In this document: positions 21,379-32,599 of the stretch, one piece after another
Position numbering within the stretch: position 1 is the first letter of the stretch
Layout: each line of letters begins with the position of its first letter
Origin: Azolla caroliniana
Taxonomy: Eukaryota; Plantae; Polypodiophyta
DNA length: 64,000 nucleotides
Reading direction: 5' to 3'
Assembly: GCA_043228905.1 (NCBI GenBank)
Contig: JBHGNT010000013.1
Coordinates: 5,332,001-5,396,000, forward strand
The notes under the pieces: model-generated
Databases searched by the model: none
What the model was told of the DNA's origin: nothing
Seen by the model: only the letters and a program-made list of their open reading frames with translations
Program-made: the position numbers and the translations under genes

Positions 21379-24017
21379 GCAGGTGGACTCGATAGGGTTT
21401 AGCAACAGTGGTAGCAACTAACCCACAGTACTCAACTAGAGATGGCCTACGTGATGTGGCAAAGGATCATGCATAATGGACCTAGGAATTCGATATATAA
21501 TTTATGGTACACATTTATGGTGCACACATCAATTTATGTTGCACATTTATGGCACTCATTTACATATGTAATTAAAACACTCTAGTATTTTCAATGGTAG
21601 TTTTTTGCATACTTAATTTATTAATGATGGCTTTTTACTAAAATGACTATTTATCAATGGTAGCTTTTTGCATAGCTAATTAGCTATGTCAAGGACATAG
21701 CTAATTGTTTCCACTCGCATGCTTTCACCCACCACTAAAATGTCGAACTCCGACTCATTAAGCTCAAACAAAGATGAGGACACTAGGGGGACTCCAGGAG
21801 CTGAGCTGGCATCGAGTGTGTTGTCATCCGAGCAGAATAAGATATAGAGAGAGTTAATGCAACGTAAACTGGTCAGAAAAGGGCAAGTGTTTAGTTTGCC
21901 TTATAACACACATCCATTGGCCCCCTATAGATGAAAAAACAGGACGAAGACCACTTGAGATCAGAGAGCCACACCAAATGCATGTTCAAAATGTCAAGAA
22001 AAAAATGAAAATTAATCCACATGCTACCGTTGTGCCTTTTATTGTTATGGTGGATCCCGAAGAATGTGAAACCACTGAAGAATTCGACATCAGAAAGCAT
22101 CATCAATACAATTACTTTGTAATTGGTGGATCGCATTCGGTGGAGGCACGTCGGCAACTTGTGAGAGAACATCCAACCACTTTCTTCTTCAAGTATGCCG
22201 AGTGCAAAATTTACGTGGGCCTCATAACTGAAGAGGCAAAGTTGTTGGCATGGGACCACAATAACGATAATGACTATAGGCAGAAAATGTCATTGATTGA
22301 GTGTATAAGGTTCTTCCACCACGAGTATTTGGACGTCAAACAAAAGTTCGGTGTGAAGCTACATCTAGGCCTACGACGTCAATGCTTGCATGAAGTCGGC
22401 ATTGTGGTGGATGATAATGTTAAGTCCGATGGTCTTTGGAAATATGAATCTTGGTTTCAACTTGCCTTTAGAGATGGAGAAGTATGGGACCTACAAGATC
22501 AAATATTCTCAATGTGGGAGAATAAGGAGGTCACAACAACAAAAGAAAATGTAAGGTAGACCCTCAACTAGAATTAAAGTCACAAGTGGACAAGAAAATT
22601 GATTTGACAATTGAAGAAGCGACTGACGACATGAAGTTGTCTCTGTGGAGAGCGATGCAAGGTATTAAGGACGAGCAACTTCTTGTGTCTATTTTGTCAA
22701 GGGTTATGGCGAAAGATTTAAGCCTTGAAGAAATGGTCACTGAGTTCAATAATTAAGTCTTTCAAATACTGATATTGAATTCAATATGGTGCAATTGAAA
22801 GTTCTAATCTTGTTTTCTAATTTCACAGTCATAAGGTGTACATGAAGATCCAAGAAGTTATGATGAAGCAACTTGGATGTATAACTTGGTAACAAGTGAT
22901 CTAGGATTATCCTCTAACGTCTTCATATAAGGTGTTATCTGAGTATTTTATTGCATTCAAGGATTGGGTTAGTATTGGTGTTTTTTCATTAAGCTTTCCT
23001 CATATGTAGAGGTTGTGTAATAATACTTGATGTCTTATTGCTTCTATTAGAAACTGTGTCGTGGCAAGAAACAATGAGAAGTTAAGGATATACACGATTT
23101 CCCAACATTCTTCCTTGCACATCCCGAGAGAGCCAGAAAAGAAAAGGATCGTCGCTTAGTCAAGGCGTACGAAATTGAGGAAGATGGCTCCTTCAAAAAA
23201 TTTAGCCACAAAAAGGATATTACGAGAGATCTTTATTACAACGTGGTTTGCGGCGATGTCGTTGACATGATCCAAAAAGTGCCAAAGAAGGAATATACGC
23301 TAATGATTGCTGATATTCCATACGGATTTCAAATGGTAGGGTCATCATACGAAGATGAACCGTTTAGGTTTAAACAATTAGAGAACATGGTCAAGGATTT
23401 TGCTGAGCTAACGACTGCATCCTTGTGGAGAATAGTTGTCTTTCTTAGTATGGACCAAGGGTACTCGGTAGCTCTAGCTTTGAGATCTCGTTACCATGGC
23501 ATCGAGAACCTTGCATGGTAAGGATTATTTATATGTCTCATTCACTATATTGCCTTTCTTAATATTGTTCAATCTATTCTTAACTCGATGTAATATTTGT
23601 TATAGGATAAAAACCAATGTAAATAGGGGGCCAACCTTTCAGTTCATAAATGCCATTGAATACATTACGGTTGGCTACTTCGATGAAATTAAGAAACAAA
23701 GAATCAAGGAGCATTCTAATGAAGTGGGAGGTTCAAATCTGCTGGTATATCCAGCAGTTACACGGAAATTGCGACATGTCACCAAGACAGAACAGGGACT
23801 TGTCAACTCATACCAAAAACCTCAACGACTTATGATGCGCTTGATCGAGATGTTTTCTTTAGAAGGAGATTGGATATTAGACCTCTTTTCTGGCACATGT
23901 ATTCGTCGAACTAGGTTAATCATCTTGAGATAACCAATACTGAATCTTTTTTGTTTGAGAACTAATTCTTCTTGTTATGTTCTTCACAGGGACAACGTCT
24001 GCATGTGCATTGGAGAA

Positions 24018-27000
24018 TGTTGAGAGATCAAGCTCAACTTAGTTTAGTTAGTTAGTCAACCATGTAACTTCGTAGTTACCTAGATAGAATCCAGTTAGAA
24101 GTGTTTACTATAACGCCTTAAATAAGACCTTGTACTTAAGTGGGATATTCTAGATCCTCCACTCCTAAGTACATTTAATATAGGACTTAAACATTAGTAC
24201 CTATATTCTACTCACACATGTGCACCTTTGCACATGAGATGTATATATACCTCATTGTGGGTATTTTTGTATTTGATGATGATGATGATAATGCTAATTT
24301 AATATAGTTACTCATCCCCCATCTTGTGTTGTACATAAGGGTATCTCTCTCTCTCTCTCTTCCTCTCACACACATATCACTTAATCTTCTGCTTATCAAC
24401 TAATCACATAATTAGGTACTAATTAATCATTGCTTAATTACTTACCTAATTCTTAACATGGTATTAGAGCGTGTGGTTTAGAAAATCCAATAAGCCCACC
24501 CGACTCCGTGATTGTGTGTTCGAGACGCCGATGACACTATCCGGCTATGGGCTACCGTTGTGCCGCTACGTAGCACGTGTACGTTATTGACGGAAGAAAA
24601 GCAAAAGAAGAGAAGACACTACAATCAACATGAACACACAAATGGATAGCTCGCTCTCTAGTGAAAAGCTAGACCGGAGTAATTATTCATCTTGGGAGTA
24701 CAAGATGACCCAATACCTCATCGGCCAAGGGTATTGGAGCTACATCAATGGTGCTCAAGAAAATCGACCCCACTCAAAGAAGGCCGACTACACAACATGG
24801 GAGCAAGCGGTGAGTCGAGTCATGTATTGCTTGGCAACATGTGTCCACGACCACATGCTTAGCCACATTCGAGACGCCAAGACGCCTAAAGAAGCGTGGG
24901 CGAACTTAAAGAAAATGTTCACCGCCAACACGACCGCTCGAAAGCTTCAACTCCAACAAGAGTTGAGCAACATTCGGCAAAAAGACATGTCCGTCTCGGA
25001 CTACACCGCCAAGATCAAGAACATTTGCGACTCACTTGGCTCCATTAAAATAAACGTCGACGAAGACGAGATGGTTCAAATATGCTTGGGCGGCCTCGCA
25101 CAACGATTCGATCCATTACGAACGGCAATCTTGGCGAGAGAAAACCCTCCTTCATTCTTCGACCTCCAATCAATGCTATTGGTCTTAGAGAACCACGTCT
25201 AAAACAAAAGCTAGACGTTGGAAGAACAAATGTTCTTCTCGAATTTGGACGGTGGCCAAGGAGGAGGTCACGACGGTAGAAGAGGTCAATTTGAACCATT
25301 ACATGAAGGGAACTCAAACCTTCATGGAAGCCATCGAGGAACCTTTGGAAGAAGGGGGAGCTTCCACACCGAACATGGTCGGCAAATGAGGCCCGCAACT
25401 TGCAATTATTGCGGAAAAATCGGCCACCGTGAGGAGGAATGCCAAAAAAGAAGAAACGAGTCGGCTTCCACAAGTCGACAACACACGAACTACGCCGTCA
25501 ACTCTGAATACGATGATTACGGCGGACTATTCGTAATGAGGCATAGAGTGAACTCTATGTCGGCCTCCAACTCCGCAAGCACCTCCAACTCGGAAGACGT
25601 GTGGTTCGTCGACTCTGGCGCCTCACATAACATGACATCTCACGAAGAGTGGTTTCGTGATTTACGAATGCCGGATCGACCCGGTTGCATAGAGACGGGA
25701 GACGACACCATGCACCCCATTCGGCACATCGGCAATGTCCCATTTGGGAAAGAAGGCACGCAAACTTGCATCAAGAATGTCTTGCATGTGACCACAATAA
25801 CGAAGAATTTGGTCTCGGTCAGCCAAATCGTGGAGCAAGGCATGCAAGTCCGCTTCAACAACGAAGGTTGTTTCATTGAAAAAGATGGTCGAATCATAGC
25901 TAAGGGGTGGAGAGACAGCTGAATGTTCATCCTTGATTCGAATGAGGTGAAATCGGCAATGTACGCCAAAGGTCTCAAAACCGAGATAAGCATTGAGTTG
26001 TGGCACAAGAGAATCGGCCACATAAACCTCCAACGGCTTCGAGCTATGCAAACAAAGGAAGTCGTCATCGGACTTCCGACATTCGAGTTGAAACGAGTCG
26101 ATCAAGTATGTGAAGCGTTACAACTCGGAAAACAACATCGACTCCCATTTCCGAAGGACAGCTCCACAAGCAAAGGCCCCTTCGATGTCGTACACTCGGA
26201 TGTATGGGGACTGGACCAAATGCCGACGATCGGCGGATACCGATACTACGTAACCTTCATCGACAACTACTCGCGTTATGCGTGGATCTACCTGATGAAG
26301 AAGAGAATTGAAGTGCTCTCCCACTTCCAAAAGCTCAAGGGGCAAGTCGAAAAAGAAACCGGTCGGCACATTCGATGCCTACGATCGGATGGAGGCAAGG
26401 AGTACTTCTCCGATAAATTCACCTACTACCTCCATGACAGGAACTACACGCTCCCTATGCGCAACGCTCGGCCACAACCGAGCTTAGAATCATACACAGA
26501 AAAAACGGGGAATGAATACACGATACAAAGGAGAGAAGAGTACACATGATGTTTACGTGGAAAACCCAAACTAGGGAAAAACCACGGCAACCCATAGACT
26601 ACGAACTATCACTATATTAGAATGTACAATAGTAAAACACCGAAGCAACGACCTCGAGCTTGCTATCTTCGCCACAGGCGGCAGTTACAACAGAGGCAAC
26701 GACCTCTTCCTCTCTCTCACTCTCTCTGTACACGGTTACGCGCTCTAATATTGCGTAAACAAGAATGACAACAACAACATTCTAAGTTTGCCCTAAGTCA
26801 TATTTATACTAATATGACTTTCCGACTATTTACAAATATAGCCCCGATGGCCTCTTAGGAAACATATTTACGAATATGTCCCTTCATCCGGTGAGCACTT
26901 CTCATCGGGCCTTCACCATCCGGCTCTTGCCGGGTACTCCTCATCCGGTTCTCACCGGGTCTTCCGTAGCCGGGTACTCCTCATCCGGTTCTCACCGGGT

Positions 27001-30000
27001 CTTCCGTAGCCGAGTACTCCTCATCCGGTTCTCACCGGGTCTTCTGTTGCCGGGTACTCCTCATCCAGTTCTCACCGGGTCTTCCGTAGCCAGGTACTCC
27101 TCATCCGGTTCTCACTTCCCATCCGGAGGGACCTGATTCCTAACAAACTCCCCCTTCACTCCGGCATGGGATGTCTTACTAGTCCAATCTGCTTCCGACA
27201 TGCATCCAGCTTGTTGGATATCAGCACTTTGGTCAGCATATCTGACCCATTCTCGGCTGTGTGGATCTTCGTCAGCGCGAACTCCTGGTCATCTACTCTT
27301 TCCCGGATCCAGTGATACCTTCGCTGGATATGCTTCATCCGGGAATGGTAGGCCGCATTCTTAGCAAGGTGGATGGCACTTTGACTGCCGCAATAGAGCC
27401 GGTATTCATCTTCCTGAATACCCAGCACTCCAATGAAGTCCTTCATCCATAATATTTCCTTGCCGGCTTCCACAACCGCCATGTACTCTGCTTCCGTGGT
27501 TGACAACGCAACCGTCTTCTACAGTCTCGACTGCCACGAAACAGCTCCCCCTACATTTGTCATTACATACCTGGATGTAGACCAGTTGGTATCCACATCA
27601 GCCGACATGTCCGAATCGGTAAAACCGTCAAGTTGAGGTTTGCCAGAGCCGAATCGAAGACACATGTTCGAAGTGCCCTTCAAGTACCGGAGTATCCTTT
27701 TGACCGCGTTCTAGTGCTCCTTGCCGGGATTGCTCCTCACCACTCCGACTGCGTATCCTAAATCCGGTCGGGTACACACCATTGCGTACATTAAGCTCCC
27801 AATGGCAGAGGCATATGGAACCTTCATCATATCAGCCTTCTCTGTTTTTGTCTTCGAGCTTTGCTTACCGGATAATCTGCAGTTTGCCAGGAGTGTCGAT
27901 CCGATCGGTTTCGCTTCTAACATGTTGAACCACTGAAGCACCTTTGTCACGTACTTCTCCTGTGACAACCACAATTGCTTCGTTGGCCGGTTCCGGATGA
28001 TATGCATCCCCAACATCTGTCTTGCCGGACCCAAGTCTTTCATTGAGAAGGTCCGGTTGAGAGCCTTCTTCAGCATCCGTATTTTGGCTTGGTCCCGTCC
28101 AACGATCAACATGTTGTCCACGTACAAAAGGAGTATCAGGAAGTCGCTTCCTTCGAACTTCTTCACAAACACGCAATGATCGGCCTACGTCTTGTGGTAC
28201 CCTTGATCGGTCATGAAGGAGTCAAACTTCCGGTACCATTATCGGGGAGCCTGCTTTAGTCCGTACAGGCTCTTCTTCAAACGACAAACTAGGTGCTCCT
28301 TCCCTTGCTCCACGAATCCTTCCGGTTGCTGCATGTAGATCTCCTCTTCGAGGTCACCGTGAAGGAATGTCGTCTTCACGTCTAGCTGCTCTACCACGAG
28401 GTGCGTGCTTGCTGCTATACTCAGTACCATCCATATGGAGGTCATCTTTACTACCGGGGCAAATATCTCGTCGAAGTCCGCGCCCTTCTTCTGCTGGAAC
28501 CCCTTCACCACGATCCTGGCTTTGTATCTCGAGGGGTTGATGGCATCTCCTAGTTTCAACTTGTACACCCACTTGTTTCGGAGTGCCCGCTTTCCTTTCG
28601 GCAACTCCACCAATTCGTACGTATGGTTCTCATGCAGGGAATCCATCTCATCCTGCATGGCACTTAACCATTTGCGGCTGTGGGTGTCATCCTCGCTTCT
28701 TCGAAGCTTTTTGGCTCCCCCTCATCGGTTAGCAGCACATGCTCTGCATCCGGAAATCTCCGGGGGGGCCTTCTCTCTCTGAGAGGGTATCTCCGTCTTT
28801 TGGGCATCGGTAACCGGCTCCTCCATTTGCTCTTCATCCGAATCCGATTCGGGGTCTTGGCCAGTTCCGGTTTCAGCTTCCTCTACTTCTTCTTCTGTCG
28901 GTTCGGTATCCTCACCGTAACCGGCTGGTTCCTCGAGTGCTCACCAGTATCTTGTCGATTGGGTCTGCTCATTGTAGAATCGATCCTTACCGGTCGACTC
29001 GGAGTTCATTATCTTCATCTCCGACTCCTAGTCAGCGAGCATCTTGTTCTCCATGAAGATAATATCTCGACTCCGGAATACCTTCTTGTCGACCGGGTCC
29101 CACATTCGGTAGCCAAAATCATCGTCGCCGTAACTGAGGAATATGCATGGCCGGGTCTTCGGATCTAGTTTTCCTCTCCGATCCTTAGCTACATGCACAT
29201 ACGCAAGACACCCGAATACCTTCAGATGCCGGTAGGACACTTCCTTACCGGTCTAGACTCTCTCTGGCCTATCTCCATCCAAGGGTACTAAGGATGATCT
29301 GTTTATTACATATGTCGCCGTCAACAGTGCCTCAACCCAAAACTTCTTGGGTAGTTTTGCATGCGCTAGCATACTCCGGACCCTCTCCATTATGGTCCGG
29401 TTCATCCTCTCGGCCAACCCATTTAGTTCCGGCTTCTTCGGCAACAATACTCCTCGAGCTGGATTCCCTTCGAGCAACAATACTCCTCGAGCTACCCCCG
29501 GTATTCACCTCCGTTATCTGCTCAAAACGCCTTCAGCTTCTGGTTGGTTTCTCTTTCCACTCTCGCATGGAGCTCTTTGAAGACGGATAACACTTGATCC
29601 TTCGTCTTCAACGGTGTGGCCCACAACTTCCGGTTGTGGTCATCTATGAACATCACGAAGTACTGCGATCCTACATGTGACTTCGTGTCCACTTGACACA
29701 CATCCGTATACACCAACTCTAGTGGTGCATTACGTCTCATCGGTGGCCTCAATCGGAAGGAGGTCCGGTTTTGTTTACCGGCCAGACAATCAGTGCACTT
29801 CTCCAAGTGCACTTTCTTCAACTGAATGAGGATGTCTTTTGCAAGCCTCTTCATCCCCTTCTCACTCATGTGACACAGCCTCTTGTGCCACAGCTCACTG
29901 GTAGTGTCGGAAGCCACGTTCACTTCCTCCGGACATAACCGGGCATTCATCAGGTACAACGTGTTGACCTTCCGGGCCTGAGCCACAATCAGGCTCCCTT

Positions 30001-32590
30001 TGCTGAACTTTATAACACCGTTTCGGATGCTACCCGTGTAGCCTTCATAATCTAACCGACTGGTTGATATTAGGTTCAGACAAACCTCCGGAACGTGTCG
30101 GACATCCTTCAGCAGCAGCTTGCATCCGGTTGGTGTTGTCAACCACACGTCTCCTATGCCGACAATTCAACATGTACCTTAATTCCCCATCCGGACACAA
30201 CCGTGATCACCGACTGAGTAGGATGAGAAGCATTTCCGGTCTGGGGTAAGGTGGAATGACGCTCCGGAGTCGACCACCCAGGTCATCTCGTCGCCAGCAA
30301 GGTTTAGCTCACTCTCCTCGGTGATGAGCATCAACTCTTCTTCACTTGCCGCGATTGCCGTCGTTCCCTTCCGGTCCGGCCCCCTCCGGTCTTTTTACCG
30401 TTTCGGTCCGGTGTCCTCTTCGAGTCAGTACCGTCGGTTTCCTTGTCTTTTTGGAAATGCGGACAGTTCTTGTGGAAGTGTCCCGGCTTGCCACAATAGA
30501 AGAAAGTAGGCCTCCCCCTTGACTTTGACCGTGTCCCCGACTTTTCCCGGTTCTGGGGACTACAGTTCCTTTGTCTTCCGCATTTCGATTCGGTAAGGAG
30601 CACTTTGGATTCGGAGCTCAGATCCTTATCTTTCTGACACGCCTCCTCATCTAGCAAGCTCGACTTCACTCTTGCTAGGGATAACCGTTTCCCTTCCGGC
30701 CCAGCATTGCCCAAAGTGACAACCAATGTCTCCCAGTTATCTGGGAGGGAACCGAGCAGGAGTAGCACTAGTACCTCATCGGCGAGAGGTACTTCCAATG
30801 ATGTTGCCTGGTGTATCAGCCCTTGGAAGGCATTCATGTGCTCCGCCATACTGGAGCCATCTTGGTACCGGAGTCTTACTAGCTTCCGGAATACCGAATC
30901 CTGGTTAACAACATTTTTGTTCTGAAACATGATGTTGATCTTCTCCCAGAGCTCATGAGCCTCTCTTCATTGAAGTTGTTGTATAGGCTCATGTCGATGA
31001 AGCACCGTATCTACGTCGTTGTCTTCATCTGCATCATCTCCCATATCGTGGCGTCGATCTTGTTCGGTCTGTTGTCCCTGAACTGAACCGGCAACCAAAG
31101 ATCTTTAACCACGAGAATGTCCCTCATCTTCGACTTCCACACGGAATAGTTGGAGTTGGTGAGCTTGAATATGCCTCCCAACGATTCGTACATTTTCTGT
31201 GTCATTTCGCTCTGATACCACTTTGACAGGAACTACACGCTCCCTATGCGCAACGCTCGGCCACAACCGAGCTTAGAATCATACACAGAAAAAACAGGGA
31301 ATGAATACACGACAAAAAGGAGAGAAGAGTACACAGGATGTTTACGTGGAAAACCCAAACTAGGGAAAAACCACGATAGCCCACAGACTGCGAACTATCA
31401 CTATATTAGAATGTACAATAGTAAAACACCGAAGCAACGACCTCGAGCCTGCTATCTTCGCCACAGGCGGCGGTTACAACAGAGGCAACGACCTCTTCCT
31501 CTCTCTCACTCTCTCCATACACGGTTACGAGCTCTAATCTTGCGTAAACAAGAATGACAACGACAACATTGTAAGTTTGCCCTAAGTCATATTTATACTA
31601 ATATGACTTTCCGGCTATTTACAAATATAGCCCCGATGGCCTCTCAGGAAACATATATACGAATATGTCCCTTCATCCGGTGAGCACTTCTCACTGGGCC
31701 TTCACCATCCGACTCTTGCCTGGTACTCCTCATCTGGTTCTCACCGAGTCTTCCGTAGCCGTGTACTCCTCATCCGGTTCTCACTTCCCATATGGAGGAA
31801 CCTGTTTCCTAACACTTGAAAGTGAAGGCATTCGGAGAGAATTCTCGTCCTGACAAACACGCCAACAAAATGGAGTCGCCGAAAGGAAAAATCGGCAAAT
31901 ACTCGAGGTAGCATGCGCCATGATGCATGAGAAGCACATGCCGAACTTCTATTGGGCCGACGCGGCATCCACGACCGTCTATCTCATTAACTGGTGCACC
32001 ACTAATGGAGTGCATGAGCTAACTCCATACGAGCTCCTCGTTAGAAGGAAGCCGATCCTATCGCACCTCAAGGTGTTCGGAAGCATTGCGAATGTACGCA
32101 TCCCGAACAAAAGCCGACAGAAGCCCGACGTGAAGTCGGAGGAATGTATCCTCATAGGATACTTGTCCGAGAAGAAGGCATACTAGTGCTACAACCCTTC
32201 TACCTGAGCGGTTCGGGTAAGTCGAAACGTAGTCTTCGACGAGTCCGCATCCTAGTACGCATGCACCAGAGACAACTACGACTCCAACTCCGCTCAACCC
32301 GGAATCCGCCGAACAAGAGGTAGACGATAGAGATCGCTTTGAACACATGTTCGAAGAAAGTCTGATTATGGCAAAGCCTAGTGGGCCACAAGAGCCCCCA
32401 CGCGACCAAAATACGTCGCGGCGAAGTACGTACTTGAACAAAGGCAAAGGTAAGATGCCCGAATACGAAGTCTATCACCCCGACGACAATGATTCGGATG
32501 TGTTGGCTCCCTCACTAGACAGTGAGTTAGGTGTACCCATCATGTGTACACCCGGAGTAAAGAATCCTTTCACATCGGCGAGCGAAAAAC
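24018..32590 (+). mobile_element. Ty1/copia element A (5' LTR 24018-24458, PBS 24459, gag-pol), interrupted by copia B, 3' part lost
   Basis: TGTTGAG...TAACA followed by TGGTATTAGAGC. Gag (KLDRSNYSSW), zinc knuckle CNYCGKIGH..C, VDSGAS, integrase RSDGGKEY. The integrase frame resumes after 31819. Confidence 0.9.
26435..31814 (-). mobile_element. Full-length decayed Ty1/copia element B (Tork/Tnt1-like) nested in element A
   Basis: LTRs 26435-27145 and 31224-31814; PBS complement gctctgatacca at 31209-31220; PPT complement at 27146-27155. Gag, protease, integrase, RT (LLYVDN, LYGLKQAPR) and RNaseH (STTEAEY) ORFs. Degenerate TSD ctcca/cttga. Confidence 0.93.
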
Positions 32591-32599
32591 TTTTTAGAG

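Larger units (their letters stand above)
9292..21730 (-). mobile_element. Full-length 12,439-bp Sola2-like DNA transposon with a cargo gene
   Basis: 25-bp TIRs GGGT(A/G)AAAGCATGCGAGTGGAAACA at 9292-9316 and 21706-21730 (1 mismatch). 4-bp TSD ACCA at 9288-9291 / 21731-21734. GRG...CYC termini and an internal transposase gene. Confidence 0.92.
7852..24017 (+). pseudogene. Spliced ParB/Srx-like domain + beta-class N4C/N6A DNA methyltransferase gene, split by the Sola2-like insertion and truncated by a copia insertion
   Basis: Phase-consistent exons: 7852-7886, 8675-9291 | insertion | 21735-22752, 22829-22967, 23051-23517, 23606-23898, 23990-24017. Excising 9292-21734 gives in-frame KKKT-TKMSNS. 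ParB-like segment: PFIVMVD..YFVIGGSHSVEARRQL..LAWDHNNDNDYRQKMS. MTase segment: VCGDV..IADIPYG..WIK..YQKPQRLMMRLIEMFSLEGDWILDLFSGT-x-TTSACA. Several stops and frameshifts. Confidence 0.85.

Noticed and set aside
21735-24017. ParB-MTase as cargo of the Sola2-like element, with TAGCTAATTAGCTA as its parS
   Set aside because: The right TIR and TSD end at 21734, so the MTase gene is the insertion target and lies outside the element.
21978-24017. Bacterial or phage contamination as the source of the MTase
   Set aside because: The gene has spliceosomal GT-AG introns and is physically interrupted by plant transposons.
24459-24470. tRNA gene at TGGTAT(C/T)AGAG motifs (also 31209, 39988, 52581)
   Set aside because: These are primer-binding sites complementary to the tRNA-iMet 3' end, not tRNA genes.
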